64,000 bases of DNA from NCBI GenBank assembly GCA_963674695.2, contig CAXXGI010000001.1, positions 680,929 to 744,928 on the forward strand. The letters are read 5' to 3'. The notes beneath the pieces are model-generated. The model saw only the letters and a list, made by a program, of their open reading frames with translations, was not told the origin of the DNA and ran no database searches. This document shows positions 63,911 through 64,000 of the stretch, piece by piece. The DNA comes from a bacterium. GTDB lineage: Bacteria; UBA10199; 2-02-FULL-44-16; JAAZCA01. Each line of letters starts with the position of its first letter. Position 1 is the first letter of the stretch. The position numbers and the translations under genes are program-made.

Positions 63911-63974
63911 TGTAACATATATGTTACACTTTATCACACACGATGTCAATGGAATATGTAACCTATATGTTACA
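63911..63974. promoter_or_regulatory. two 18-bp palindromes between the recombinase gene and a divergent gene starting at 63992
   Basis: TGTAACATATATGTTACA (63911-63928, perfect) and TGTAACCTATATGTTACA (63957-63974). TTGACT at 63903-63908. A GAGGGGG SD and ATG 63992 follow. Confidence 0.55.
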
Positions 63975-64000
63975 TTATTAGAGGGGGAATTATGATTCAG

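Overview
High-GC (about 58-62% by eye) bacterial chromosomal segment in three parts. (i) 1-19.8 kb looks like ordinary chromosome: an SPFH protein, a nitrilase-family hydrolase, a CoA-disulfide-reductase/rhodanese fusion, an APC permease, a STAS / aldehyde dehydrogenase / Cache-HAMP-PP2C-kinase operon and a 1420-aa orphan protein. (ii) 20.1-48.7 kb is a defence island of about 29 kb, transcribed mostly from the minus strand. It holds a class II Fic protein, an Abi_2 (HEPN) gene with an in-frame TGA, an intact HIT gene plus two HIT remnants that bracket defence cassettes, an AbiEi/AbiEii pair and a stand-alone HNH nuclease. It also holds a low-GC (about 40%) block with an orphan gene, a Shedu (DUF4263) gene and a complete type 1 BREX locus (brxA-brxB-brxC-pglX-pglZ-brxL). 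pglX is compositionally mosaic and contains a G9 tract. Further along are two paralogous secreted octapeptide-repeat proteins flanking orphan genes and a SpoT-like HD hydrolase, then a WYL (BrxR/CapW-like) regulator. (iii) Three tandem tRNA-Ala(CGC) 3'-end scars at 50.18-50.41 kb mark the edge of a very low-GC (about 35-38%) integrated element that runs to the window end (at least 13.6 kb). This element encodes a Mrr-like nuclease/GHKL-like protein, an Rx4H (HEPN/DUF4209-like) protein, XRE regulators, an FG-GAP lipoprotein / secreted thermonuclease operon and a small serine recombinase. A REP/MITE-like repeat family with GGGGATGACA cores is scattered through the intergenic regions. I saw no rRNA, intact tRNA or CRISPR array. 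The best candidates for undescribed systems are the octapeptide-repeat cassette with its orphans (41.4-45.4 kb) and the Mrr/GHKL plus Rx4H module (51.4-55.6 kb), followed by the orphan next to Shedu/BREX (26.2-26.8 kb). All domain calls come from motif recognition by eye. No database search or computation was run, and the GC values are visual estimates.
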